A DNA stretch of 64,000 nucleotides from Minutocellus sp. GHC0000111 (lineage: Eukaryota): assembly GCA_977018835.1 (NCBI GenBank), contig OZ361260.1:1984001-2048000 (forward strand), read 5' to 3'. The notes under the pieces are model-generated. The model was not told where the DNA came from. It ran no database searches and saw only the letters and a list, made by a program, of their open reading frames with translations. A program made the translations under genes and the position numbers. This document shows, one piece after another, positions 1 to 13,550 of this stretch. Numbering within the stretch: position 1 is the stretch's first letter; every line of letters starts with the position of its first letter.

Positions 1-836
1 AACCACTGTTCCTTCACGCAACATCAGCACGCACGATGCTCATTCTATATTACATCCATCGATCTCACGTGTTGGTTTGGCCGCTTTCTCCGGTTTCGTT
101 CCTCTCGGGCGGCAGAAGCAATGAAGGTGAAATCTGGTGCCGACATCAGACACGGGACTTTGGGAATAGTTTTCTCTATGAATTGTCAAGAAATGCCACC
201 ATTCCTCACTCAAATGCGCTTGGTATATATATGGGTGAAGCGTCGACGGCTCAGTGCAACGGAAGTGGTGCATGGACCGCATAAAAGCATCCGGACCAAC
301 TTTCGGATGGGTGGTGTAATGGGGGTGGTAATGGCGCTGGGCCACAATTCGCGGTACAGGCACGCACCGACGCACCGCTATCGCCCAAAAATCCCTTCCA
401 GTAATATTCAGGAAGGCATCTAGGTGGTCAGAGTGTATGCGATGGCCGGGGTGGTGCTGTACATCGGGCGAACATGGTCGTGATGGAACGTCGGAAACTG
501 TCGAAAAAATCGGGTCTAACGCGAACGAATTTTTCAAGGCTCAAAAAAGTAATTGCAAGTCTCCTGCTGCACCACAGTGTTGTGAAAGGCTATTACAAGG
601 GTATGGTGCCCCGTAGTCTTGATTGTTCTCAATGGGAGGCACGTCGGCGACACATGTTGTGGCCCCATTCGTTGAACGAAATGGGTTTTGTTTCGTTATA
701 AAGTTTGATGTATTTTTTCTTTCTTGAAACAGCACAAGTGTATTCTACGACATAAAAATAAATTTTCAAACAATAGTGTACCAAAAGAAACACTCTAATA
801 CCGTATCTATATCATGTGCTAAAAGAGCACCAAGAT

Positions 837-923
837 CATTGTACCAACTTCCTTTTATTGTTGATTATGGTCTACAATACCCTTCTGAGTAAGGATCATC
901 AATAAAAGGAAGTTGGTACAATG
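837..923. repeat. Short hairpin / MITE-like inverted repeat
   Basis: CATTGTACCAACTTCCTTTTATTG (837-860) is the exact reverse complement of 900-923; ~40-bp loop; no clear TSD. Confidence 0.6.
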
Positions 924-1063
924 TTTACGAAACATCGCGGAGGGGGTGTCTGCTCTCTCGTGAAATCACTCTACATATCTATATAGGCCTATAGATCTAC
1001 CGGTACCATTGGTCACACATGTTTTCCTTGCGTGTTTTCCGTTCGTGTTGGGGGTTGCGTTGC

Positions 1064-1090
1064 CAACAACAACAACAACAACAACAACAC
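1064..1090. repeat. (CAA)n microsatellite
   Basis: Direct read of caacaacaa... tract. Confidence 0.85.
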
Positions 1091-1278
1091 ACATTCTGAA
1101 ATCAGATCTAGATACTAGTAGTACCGGTACATGTATGTTATCCTCGTCCCTCTCGACATCAAACCGGAGACAAAACACCTCTCGAGCAAGAGGTCCTGGA
1201 TCGACTTATTCGACTGGCCAGCTGCCTCAGATCAGATAGGAACGCAATCGCAACGGCACAAAACGAAAGCAAGCAACC

Positions 1279-2479
1279 ATGTCGGAATCATCCGAGGAAG
1301 CGACGGTCACCTGCTCGACCTCGAAGGGAGAATTCAAGATGAAATTCTTCCGAAATTGGAGTCCCAATGGATACGATAGAGTGGTCGAGCTCTTCGAGAG
1401 GGGATTCTACGATCACTCCCACTTCTTTCGAGGTGAGAATTATCCAATGACATTCCGATTTTGATTATTGGAATGCAGAATGGAACGACGCAACACACGT
1501 TCCTGTAGATCTGTCTACACAACGGCACGAGTTAAAAACAGATGATTATGTTTTACGGGCATTTTTCGTGTATTGTACAGAAGTCGTGTACAAGCCCCCC
1601 CTTGAACATTTCTTCTCATCATCCATCCGTCCTTTCCTCCGACACTTACTGTATGCTGTCGATTGGTAACGTAGTTCTGCCAGGCTTCCTAGTGCAGTTC
1701 GGGATTTCGTATTCCGTGGACAAAGAGCTGAAGAAGTTTGCAAGACAGACCATACCGGATGATCCGCATCGTCCTGACTTAAGACAGGTGAATAATATGT
1801 CCGTGTGTGATGTGTTCTTTCGTAAAATTGATCCATTTCATTGGTTCTAGCTAGTACATCCTAATGCGGCTTTCGACTTACTTTAATCATTTATTTGTGT
1901 GACGTCTCTTCATGCAACACGTGCTGTAAACAATAATACATCAACTATCAACAATTAGTTTCGTCCTGGGCTGATTAGTTTTGCTGGTAAGTGAAGGTGT
2001 TCTGCTTACATTTATTTTGTTGATATTGCCTCTACCGGTACATGTACCAACTGTTTCATTTATTTATTTATTTTTATTTTTCATTTATTGATACCTTCTC
2101 CCATTTGACAGGTAGCGGGAAGGATTCTCGTGATACTCAGCTATTCATTAGTTACGGAAGTGCACCCTCTTTGGGAACAATGGACTGGGAGACTGCAATT
2201 GGTGAGGTTGTAGCTGGGTTTGAGGAAGTGATAAAGGCACTTAATTCCGAGTATCGAGAAAAACCAAGTCAAGGCAAAATACACGCAGGACCTGAGTACA
2301 TCAACCAGGAATTCCCAAACATGGATTATTTCAATACATGTAGTGTGCAAAGAAGCAGTGTTGGTATTGCGGGGGAGGACAGTGGAGGGGGTGGGGATGG
2401 AAGTAACATCATTCATGCGGACGAGATCGGAACGCAAGGCACCGTTGAGGAGAAGAAAGCACAAACCATTGAAGAGTAA
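1279..2479 (+). CDS. Cyclophilin-type peptidyl-prolyl cis-trans isomerase, 4 exons (1279-1432, 1675-1787, 1959-1986, 2112-2479)
   Basis: Spliced protein reads ...TSKGEFKMKF...GFYDHSHFFR|VLPGFLVQFGI...|FRPGLISFA|GSGKDSRDTQLFI..GEVVAG, matching cyclophilin motifs. GT..AG boundaries are in correct phase. The frame stays open past the TAA to 2653 (see findings). Confidence 0.85.
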
Positions 2480-2950
2480 GAATCACAAAATGTTAACGAT
2501 GTTGGAGCTGGTCGCCTCGGTATTGTGACTGGATCTCGCGAAAGTGCAAAGGAAAACTTTCCTTTGTTTATTTTTTTGGCGTTTCTACTTGGGCTTTTTC
2601 TCATCGCAGCCAAAAACAGGTTCCTTGGCACCCAAAGGCGAAAGAAAAACTGAAAACAGGTACTTTCTTCGTGTACGTTTTGCCATGGCGTGCTGCCTGG
2701 TAAATGGACGTGGTATGAACAAACTCCTGTTATACCCAGCTATGGTAAAACCACACATCACCGCCAATGTCACCGCGGTAAAGATTTATGACAATAGTTG
2801 CGGTGTGCTGAGTTCCTACCTCTCAAGTACTTGATAGGAGGGTATCCCATAAGAGTGTCTAAATTAGTGGATCATGGCGATTTGGATATCGGCGATGCAC
2901 ATCAAGCACGTAGATAGCTACGCAGATGACTACTACAAACAAAAAACATT

Positions 2951-3940
<990 letters not shown>

Positions 3941-4476
3941 CTAGGCTATTAGCGACAGTAGGCTCTCACTAGCTGGCTGTAGGATGCTTGTACGTATCAA
4001 GCGAGGCAAGGGCGGGCTTCCAGATAGAGCTGAATTGCCGAGATTGCCGAGCGCGCGCCCAAGCGGTACGAGCCTCGTAAGATTATGCCTCGATGCCTCG
4101 GCTCTCGGCTCGCTCCGAGGCTGCTCAATCATCAGCGCAAAAACACAGCACACGACGCGATCGATGCGACACGTTGCGATGTTGCCACGGAGACTGACTC
4201 GACTCGACTCGACTCACTCGACTCTCCGTGATGTCGCGATGTTGCGATGCCGGTCGTCTTTCCGTCAGCCGACTGCAAGCAAAGTGAGCGCATCGCATGG
4301 CTGAGCCCTGACCTTTCCTCTCTCTCCGTAATGTACTATTCTGCAATTATAATGTGCTTAGCATGGCGGGTGACAAATATGTATCATTTCTCACTCATTT
4401 CTCACTTTTGTCAAATTTGTCTATCTTCCTTTCATATTGCACCGTGAAATCTCGCGCCGTGCCATGTTACACGTAG

Positions 4477-4962
4477 GCCAAAGAAGAACAACTACAGCAA
4501 TTTGAGAGTCAGAAGGAATCTCAGGATTTGACCACCGCGGAGCAAGAAGAAATTGCAGTTCGAAAGAGACGTGCCGAGGGAACACCGTGCACTGATGAAA
4601 CTTTTTATGCGTGGCTTCAAAAGTTTGAGGAAGAGCGTGCTCAAAAAGAAGCAGAAGAGGAACTTGCCGCAGAAGAGAGGGGGAGTGGCGGTGGTGGCAA
4701 AAAGAAGAGCGGAGAAAAGGTTGATATTACCAAGGATCGTCTCACTGGTTTTGAACAATTTAGTGGCAAGGTCGGCATCATGAGTTTGGAGGCAATTGAG
4801 GCAGCCGCCGAAGAGGCCGAGAACGAGTCAGGCGACGAGGTTGACATGGACGACTTGGACGAAGACCTGTTTGATGACGATGACGATCTCGATGATTTGG
4901 ATTTTGACAGCAGTGATGCAGACGATGACCTTGATTCAGATGATGATGAACCTGATATTTAG
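4477..4962 (+). pseudogene. RWDD1: Orphan 3' exon of RWD-domain/DRG-regulatory protein (RWDD1/GIR2-like)
   Basis: GTPCTDETFYAWLQKFEEE...RLTGFEQF plus acidic tail resembles the GIR2/RWDD1 C-terminus. It follows a pyrimidine tract and AG at 4475-4476, but no RWD-coding exon is visible between it and DPM1. Confidence 0.65.
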
Positions 4963-5639
4963 CTGCTAGAATTTTTACCAGTTCCTACTCTCTACATCGA
5001 GAGTAACAGGCCTACATGTTGTAGACCAGATTATCTTTTGCGCTCGCGCTCAGATAGATCTAGGACGTCCTACAGTAGAGGAGAGTCTCTCTAGCTACAT
5101 GTACGGGCTGAATATATACACATTGTATGTATATTGTATAGATCTATAGACTTTATATAGATCTATAGCTACATGTATAATATATATATCGACATGTACA
5201 TGTAAGGTGATACGTGGTGGTTCAAAAGAGGAAGTGGCTATGAAGGTACATTAGGGGAGGACGCCAAGTCTCACTTTGAGACTGGCCAATGCTCTGAGGG
5301 AAAAGGATTTTCTCAGCCCGTCATTCGATCGAGTAGATCCAGGGAACATGGGTAGATCTACTACCGGTACTACTAGCTAGATCTACATATTAAGAGATCT
5401 ACATGTACGAGCAATTCCGAGGCTACAGACAGGAGCGGCCCTGAATGAATGCACAAATGCGCACACACACATCTGTATCATCATCACTACCGGTAGACTA
5501 ATCTCTAGCTATAGATCTAGATCTGATGATGAGTAATCGCCTAGTTTATTGGGCTTGAGTTCCCTAATCTCTAAATGTAAAATCCGCTGTAGCAATTGTC
5601 CGAATAAATCAACCAAAAATAGAATCAGAAATCGTCGTT

Positions 5640-6380
5640 TGACGGAATTTGTACTTTGTGTACGTGCCGGGTACTAGATCTAGATCTAATCCTAGTCGAT
5701 ACTCCACTATTTCAGCCCATAGAACTGGATCTCTGGCAGCTGGCATCCATTCACTGAGGTCGTTTGCTCTAGCTAGATCCGAAGCCTACCGGTAGTTTCT
5801 CTAGACTCTAGAGTGTCACGGTATCCATGTCGAATTGTAACTTTGGCTTTGCCGCGTCGTCTAGATTTTCCATGGCAGAAGGCTCCAAATAATTTTCTAG
5901 GCAGTCTGTTTTCTCCCATGTTTGCAACCTTCTCTAGCCATCTGCATCTCCTTAGTTCTAGATTGGTTTCCATCGTATAGGCACTAAGAGCTTCAGCTCT
6001 AATTTCTTCGTTTGTGACTTTACCGTCCCGGTAGAAGTTATACCCAACGATTTGACGGAGGCAGTTGTGGTGCATAGATTCTAGCTTTTTGATCAGTGAT
6101 GGTTTGAGCGCCCAGCTTTCGCATCCCCATAGAACTGTGTTGACGGTGAGGGCATTGTAGTGTCGGAGTCGCTCGGGTTGTGGTAGATCTACATCCTTGT
6201 TGGTGAAGATATTATATCTCTCATCGCTTGGAATTGGCCTTTGGCTTGCTTGATTCTGGCATTTATATCAACTATGTCGTTCAGTTGCTTCTCAAGCAGG
6301 CTGCCGAGGTATTTGAATTCATCGGTGTACGGAATGTATCGGTCATCGTCGATAATAATGTGTCTGCAGTTGCTGCCAGT
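5640..6380 (-). mobile_element. 3' fragment of an RTE-like non-LTR retrotransposon ORF2 (degenerate)
   Basis: EFKYLGS...INARIKQAK..., VLWGCESWALK...LESMHHNCLRQIVG, RRCRWLEKVANMGENRLPRKLF, WMPAARDPVLW: typical RTE post-RT motifs with a frameshift and stops. Confidence 0.8.
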
Positions 6381-6460
6381 AGATCTAGCTCCTTAGATCT
6401 AGATCTAGCTAGATCTACTCATCATGTACATGTGTAATACGAATAAGAAGGACGTAACTA

Positions 6461-6637
6461 CAGTCCGTTCTCACCTATAAGCAATTGGTAATTGCTTAGG
6501 TGAGGGCTGAGATTCTGAGCATATTGCTTATTCTAAGAGCTAATTGGTACCTCATTCGCATGTTATTCCTTATTCCAAAATAAGCAATTTGAGACCTCGG
6601 GCCCGAGTCTCAATTGCTTATAGGTGAGAACGGACTG
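6461..6637. mobile_element. Tc1/mariner-type MITE (177 bp)
   Basis: 27-bp perfect TIR CAGTCCGTTCTCACCTATAAGCAATTG with TA on both sides (6459-60, 6638-39). Confidence 0.9.
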
Positions 6638-7550
6638 TAGATCTAGAGTCTAGATCTAGATCTATCAGTGAATCGCCTCAAACCTATTGATCCTATCTCT
6701 TCAAGATGACAATTTGATAAGCAACGCTTACGTAGATTTTATTTATGCATGTAGATCTACATGTAGGAACCTAGGATACCTATCGCACACAGGTGATTCG
6801 ATTCATTCGTCGATCGATGATTGATTGCCATTGCTCGATGAAATTCTATCTTTCTCTGTGCGTTTTTAGGTTTCTAAGTGACGTCCCCGCCTTTGAATGT
6901 GTAACATCGAATTTCCATCTGCGATGCGGCGCGGAAGCCACCGTTATTTTTTTATCGACTGCCCATCTTGCGTGCCCATCTTGCGTACCGTGGAAGAATT
7001 AGTCTCCACGGCAAGCACCGCACCGCTGCTTGGCCCACGTCATTACTTGCGCCTCATACAAGTACCTTGACGCAGCTGTCTAGCTTGGATTGTTCCACGC
7101 CCGTGCAGTGTTAGTCAGCGGCTAGTAGACGTAGACACGGTGACGCGTTTTCAGTTCACTTGAAAATCACCGGAACACACATATTACATCCGCTCAGTGA
7201 TCAGTCCCTTTACGTCTGCGTCGGCGCAGCGTTTCCAGCCAGCATCTGCGCCATTTCACACCCACACCAAAATTGAGCTTGCTGTTTCACATACTATTTT
7301 ATTTATCACTGACGCGCTGTTGTCGGAAGGGTGTCACGCCATCTCGCGGTCGTATTGGGCAAACATCGAGCTCCTTGTTGATGCTTTTGATACTCTCACG
7401 AGACCATCCATCCGTTTCCTCTCGTCACCGCCCTGTACTTTTTGAATCAGTCGTCTACTTACCCCACGTTTCTCTACTGAGTACGCATCGTGGCTGCAAC
7501 GTCTCCGCTGCTGCTATCAAACGTCGTGACTGCTATACGTCGCCGGCATC

Positions 7551-10500
7551 ATGTCCACCGAGGCCAATAACAACGCACAGAACACTACACGCGTGGCTCC
7601 TGCTGGTACTGCGTCGGCCCTCGGTGCAACTGCCGCCGCTGTCTCTCATCCGGCACCACCTCCCGCCCCGGCAATTCTTGTCTCCCGTGGTATTGAACCT
7701 CACCTCCACGCTTATGCCCCCTACCCTCCTCCGCCGTATTATCACCACCCTCCCTCGTATCACTACCATCCGACCCAAAGTGAGGTACCAGTACATCATC
7801 CTGGACAGGCACCCACAAATGCCCAGGTTGCAGAGGCAAACATTCTCTCTTCTATGAAAAAGGCACCTCTTGCTACGATTGTCGACAACCCGGCCGAGGA
7901 TGAGGAAGGCGGGGAGGAAGAGTTCGGCAAACTGAGTGGCAGAAAACTCGATTCATCATTTGCCTAGGGAAGTGTTGTCCAGAACAGCAATGGCGACGGC
8001 ATCATCACTTCACAGCGTCGAGCTCCGACTCCGCTTCTACTGTCGCCAGATAATTCCACAGATGGTTCCATTACTAGGAGTAAAGCTCGCAGTGACGATA
8101 TGGCCGGTGCCTCAAAGGATAAAAGTAGTTCGAATAGTGTCGAGGTCCATGACAGCGGTGACAGCGAAGAAGCCTGGCCTACCAGTAGAGGAGGCGCCGG
8201 TAAGACAAAGACTGCTGGTGCCTCGAGTGTGTCGGAAGAAGCTGGGCATACGGGCGATGCTCCTCCCTCCTCCAAGCTCTCTGAGCTAGATGCAATGACG
8301 TGTCACAACATTGAGGTGTTCCAGGCCACGAAAGAGGATGCCGAGGCCTTTGAATCTGCCGAAGCGGTCCGATTGCTCGGGACATCGATGGCAAAGAAAG
8401 TCATCTGTGGCCACGTTGGCTTTCGCTGCCTTCACTGCTTCGCTGGAGAACAGGTGGGGCCCGTCGCCACTGGAAATTCTGGTTTAAGCGTTGTCTACCC
8501 TGCATCAGTGGGAGCCATATCAATTGCTCTTCGCCACATGCGCGACCATTTCGACTCTTGTGAGGCCATGTCCGAGGAGAGCAAGAATGCCTTTGCTGAT
8601 GCGAGGAGGGAAGAAGAGGAACAAGATGCAGCATTGGGATGTGGTAGTCGTAAAGAGAAGAGTGGCGGCAAGAACGGTCCCGATGAAAGGCGACGAATTG
8701 CTTTTCTTGATTTTTGTGTCGACTTTTGTCAAAGAAAAGATATCATCAATGTACAGCCTCAAAGGAGTGGTCTAAAGTACAGGCTACCCATTGAAGCATC
8801 ATCATCGTCGACCGCGGTCGATGTTGCTGCTACTGGAACATCTAATGCTGGTATGCCAAGGCAGGGACCGGTCCCTGTGGCAGAAGCGATGAGTGCCAAG
8901 AAAGACGACGAATCGTTGCTGCCAACTAGTCTTCCGGCCGTGACAAATGCCACAACTGCCGTCCCTCCAAATGTTGGCAATTATGTGCCCAATTTCCCTT
9001 TCTTCTCTGATGGTCATGGTGCCTGGATATGCCGCTGTGAGTCGCGAAGGATTCTTTCATCAGTGTATTTATTTGACTGATGACATCCACACTTGCATTG
9101 CATCCCTTGAGTTCAACTACATAGCTGGTTCTTATTTATTTTGTTCCCTTCTCTTCCCGTCGATTGTTCAGACTGCTGCTCGGTTCCCTATCCGTACCGT
9201 GGGGCTGGAAGCGTCTGGAATGCGCCGAATCAAGCCCCGCCCACAAGAGAGTTTGTTGACCAGCACATGAAGCTCTGCAAGGGTGGGGCACCTCCACCAC
9301 CTCAAAGGGTGGTAGTAACGGCAAGGGCACCTTCGACGCCCCACACACCTCAGATGCCGCCCCTTCCTGGCAATGCCATCGAGGCGAAATCAGGAACTGT
9401 AACCATGAGGACAATGCAGATGGCCCCTCCGCACCAACAGCTGTCGGGACCGAGAACATCGCCCGCTGGTGGTGCGGTATCTACCCCTCAGCATTTCTAT
9501 CGCATGTCTCCCCAGATTCTTCGTTCGCCTCACATGCCAACGCGTGGTATTCCGCCGCATCCTTACCATCCAAACCCTTATGCTCGTCCCCTCCCGGCCC
9601 AGCCACCTTCCGGTCGTCCACCAATTGCTCCCATCACTGCTCCCTTGGGCAAAAAGGCCCAGCGACGCGGGACCAGAGCCCCGAGAGCACCTCCGCCTAC
9701 CCAGAAGGAGCTGAAACTCCCCCCCCGGCGTCGACGGAAGTGGTTCAGACGTATCTCTTCAGGCAGCGATCACCTTTCTGGTCCAACAGGAATCAAGCCG
9801 CTGCCTTCCGCCTCCGAAGGACCCCCAGATTCAACTGGTCGGTTCTGAGGATAATCTTTTACTTACCGATTACTTCAGCCATCTCATGCGACAACTTCGG
9901 CTAGTCCGTTTTTCCGAAGCAGATCGCAAGACAAGGGGGTAAGTAGACAGGATCGAAGTATTCTGCGTGAACAAATCAGTGTGTACCTACTCGAAAGTAG
10001 TACATGTCTACATTTTGTCCTTTCGTTCCATATTATTCATTATGGCTTCTCTACCAGAGTAGTCTACTAGTATCCAGAACATGAAGACATGCTTTTCCCC
10101 TTCTCACTTTATATTTTCTTCTCTCTGCCTTATTTCCTTTTGAAACTACCAAAGGGGCAAGCGCGAGAAAGTCGTCCTTGGATATGGAGGTCTTGAGTGT
10201 GTTCATTGCATCGGGCAGCCGGGAGCTCGGAAGGTTAGTAAACACCACTGATTTTTTGAATTCCAATATCTTCTACGATCGTATCATGTTGAAAAGTGAA
10301 CGTCCATGCAACTCATCGAATTGCTTCTCCCACATCTCTCTTCTTCTCCCAGTTCTTTTGGTCCAATGTTGATACATTGTCGAATTCCTTTGCAGAGGTG
10401 CGTATGAAACAAATAAATGGTGCCGTATATCAGGGGCTCTGCGTATAATTGTGTAGCAATGATTTGCTGCAGATCTGTGTTATGGCATGCGCATCATTTT

Positions 10501-11317
10501 ATTCCGCAGGCTCTCACTAGTACTACTTGTTTTCTGATGCGCCCTTCTCCCCCTTTCTACGTAATGGTTGGTATGGTTTACTTCCTTTGCGCTGTGACGC
10601 AATACATTCACATCATACTGACTTGCATCCTACTCGTAACTCCAGATACCTGCTCACATTTTGAAGTGCAAATACTGCGCTCCAGAGGTCAAGGCAGCTC
10701 TGCTCGAGCTGAAGACTTGCCATGCGAAGCAGATCGCTTCCCTCCCGCGGGGATCACAAAAGGTATACCTTCGGCGTGTGTGGCGCCGTATCCATGACGA
10801 TGATCCCTCTCCATCATCATCAGAAAGTGCTTCCCTGAGGCCGGTGTTGCCGCCATCTCTAACAAATGGCGGTGTTGCTCAGACCGCTGCTGGCACTGGT
10901 ACTGCTGCGCGTGGCTCCTCCACCGTTGCTGCTGCTGGTTCCGGCACGGTTTCTAGAAGTAGGAGCGCCGTGATAAGTTCAGCAGTTGGAGCAGGAGCGT
11001 CATTGTCAATGCCGCCGCTGCCGAACCAAGGCGACAGCGGCGATGACTCACCAAGCTCAATCGAAAGGAGTGCAACTAAATCTTTGGCATCTCTTGCAGC
11101 TACTGGTACCAGCCCAAGCATGGATACGGCCGCTACTAGAACAGATCAAGTTATGAGTTCCAATCCTACCGTTATCATTGGCCCGCACACGCGCCTGATT
11201 GGAAATCCCAATGCGTATGTGGACGCAACGCCATCATGCGGTACTTGCAAGCACGGTGCGGAGGCACTTTTCCATGCGGCCGCAGCACAGAGTACTGGAG
11301 AATACCAATCTCATCCC
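7551..11317 (+). pseudogene. Large multi-exon diatom-type protein with repeated GxxCxHC...H..C (putative Zn-binding) domains; disrupted
   Basis: GHVGFRCLHC..VYPASV..HFDSC and LLTDYFSHLMRQLRLVRFSEADRKTRG|GKREKVVLGYGGLECVHC|FFWSNVD..|HILKCKYC..RGSQKVYLRRVWRRIH. In-frame TAG at 7965-7967, apparent frameshift near 9.7 kb, and the 3' end is cut at the duplication junction 11318. Confidence 0.6.
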
Positions 11318-13550
11318 ATAGCGCTGTGTCCGGCATGGTGAGTCCGGTGGTACCAGTGGTACTTGTTTGGGTATGTGTTGGGGTCTGGTGGCGGCGATTT
11401 TTGCGGATGCGGCGGCGTTTGCATCGCGAAGGCTTTTTTGAGGTACTCTTAGCGTCGATGGCGATGAATGCTGGTGATTCGTATTCGTCCATGAGGTCGA
11501 ATATGTGGGCGTCGTTGACGTCGTTTTGGTTGAGTCGAAGGCTTTGTTTGAGCTCGGCCAGCATGGTCTGGTAGTCCAGGGGCAGGTGCGGGGTGACCGC
11601 GGTACGACCCGCTTGGTACGTGCCATCTGTGAGTGGAGCATGGGCCTTCCAATTCGCTTCAGGGCTGGAGTGTGGTTCGAGGTCATTTGGTGTGGCGGTC
11701 CATTCGTAAATGGTGTGTGCATCGCGGAAGCGTTGGGTTCGGCATTGAGCCGTTGCCCAGAAAGCATCTGCGAGGCCGTCAGCGGTGAGATGGTCAGTGT
11801 AAAAATCGGCGAGGACAGGTTGCCAATATGCTGCCTCGAATCGATTTTGGAGGGTAGTGTTGGTAGGGTCCGTGTGAGGGCGGAGGAGATTGCAAAGGTC
11901 ACTGCCAAAGCTGTACATTGCTGCTGTGGTGGGGTTTCCAGGCCCGAGGCATGTATCTTTTCGGGAGGGGAGTTGGTTGGGTCTGGGAGTGGAATGTCCC
12001 GGTGTCCCGAGGGCGGGAGTGTATGCGGGGTCGAGGGCGAGTAGGCGGTCCATAAGGTCGGTGTGGAAGCTACTTTGTAGGTCGCGGAAATAATATCCGT
12101 ATTTAGCGAGCTCGTTGATGTTCCGCTTAAGGAAGTTTGGTGATCTGTTGTTGTCGCGGAGGGCGGCGAGGCGAGCGCGGACCATGCTGCCGATGTGTGT
12201 GCGGGCATTGCAGTAGATTTCCAGTTCGCGTGCTTTGCTGGCCAGGGAGGCGCCGCCGGCGTGGCGGATCCCGTGCCCGAATTTGGTGGCCGGGAGGAAC
12301 ATGACGTGGCGGGGGTCATTGACTGTGAGGCCGAAATGTTTGTGTTGTTGGCTAGTGAGCGCATCGATGGCTTTGCTCACGGTTTCGGCGTCTTCTTGAT
12401 TATGGAGGGGGTTGAACTCTCCGATTCCCGGTGCAAGGGTGCTGTGGGCGAGGGCAGCGATTCGGCTGTTCACGTTCGTCCGATGGATCGTTTTTGTGTT
12501 TGTCTGCATTGTGCGGACTTTGTGGGAGGTGTCTGTGAAGCCTTGCATGTCGATGCATGTGCCGAAATGTCTTTTCTTTTGTTGGTCCGGGGGGCATCTG
12601 CGGTGGTGAAGCTGTTGATGTGGTCAAAGAGAAATTCTCCCTCGGTGTCGTCGAGGTCTTCTGGGTTGTAATGAGACGTTTGGATGGTGGTTTGGATGAA
12701 AGTTTTGATGGGACGGTCATGGAGATGTGACCAGGCGGTGCTGGTAAAAGGTTCGACGGTTCGTTGCTCTTCCGGGGTAAGGTTGTGGAGGCTGACATTG
12801 CATTTTGGTGATTTTCGGCCGAGCCTGTTTATGTTGCACCAGGCACTGGCGGCATCGATCCGTTTTTGGACTCGGCGGACAAGGATTGCGCCGGCAGGGG
12901 CGCGGTCATGTAGTTGTCGCCATCGTCGCAATAGTTGGATGCACGGAGGGCAGGGCGTTGGCCCGTGAGCGGGTCGGTTGAGCCCATGACGTGTGCATGA
13001 TCTCCAGGTTCTTCGCCCGGGAGGTCTAGGGCCCATGCGTTAACGAGGTCGGCGGCGACGAGATTTGCTTGTGGGCATGAAAGTCCCTTGCCCTGCCGGA
13101 GGCCATGGCTCTGCCTGATTGCAATGTGTGCTTCGGTTGACTTGATGTTAACCTTGGATGGTTTTTGGTCTTCGCCGATCCATTCGCCGTAGCCGAAGTG
13201 GGTGCCGGCGGCCTGATAGTTGAGGTGGAGTTGGTGTTTGGTTAGAGATCATGTTGTGCATTTTTTCGATGTCGTCCGAGATGACGGCCAGGTGCTGACC
13301 GCATTGGAGGCTGTCCTCGATAGCGCAGGCGTGGGTGAGGGTCGTTTCCTCCACCGAGACGTTCTTTTGGAAGGATTTGACTTCCGGTGGGAGGATGTTG
13401 GCGGCGTTGATGGCTTCTGCGTAACAGTCTTGGACCCGGCTTGACCATTCTGCAGCTGGGTCCGAGCACAGGGACACAGGGCGTCGGTCGCCGTCGGGTT
13501 TCGCGAGCAGGGCGAGATCTTGCTCGAGGCTGGCGTCGGGCTGTGTAGAC
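11318..13550 (-). mobile_element. Degenerate non-LTR retrotransposon (RT-containing) remnant, copy 1, 3'-truncated
   Basis: The minus strand near 13110-12900 reads HGLRQGKGLSCPQANL...SNYCDDGD (RT GxRQG and YxDD motifs). Downstream HVMFLPATKFGHGI resembles the post-RT LxLPxxxGGLG motif. Frameshifted and internally deleted. Confidence 0.8.

Noticed and set aside
36..735. ORFs at the window start
   Set aside because: Short, interrupted, no recognisable motif; cannot be assigned.
1009..1239. Signal-peptide-like upstream ORF in frame with the cyclophilin
   Set aside because: Non-ATG start, built on a CAA microsatellite and TA palindromes, and closed by TAG before the cyclophilin ATG.
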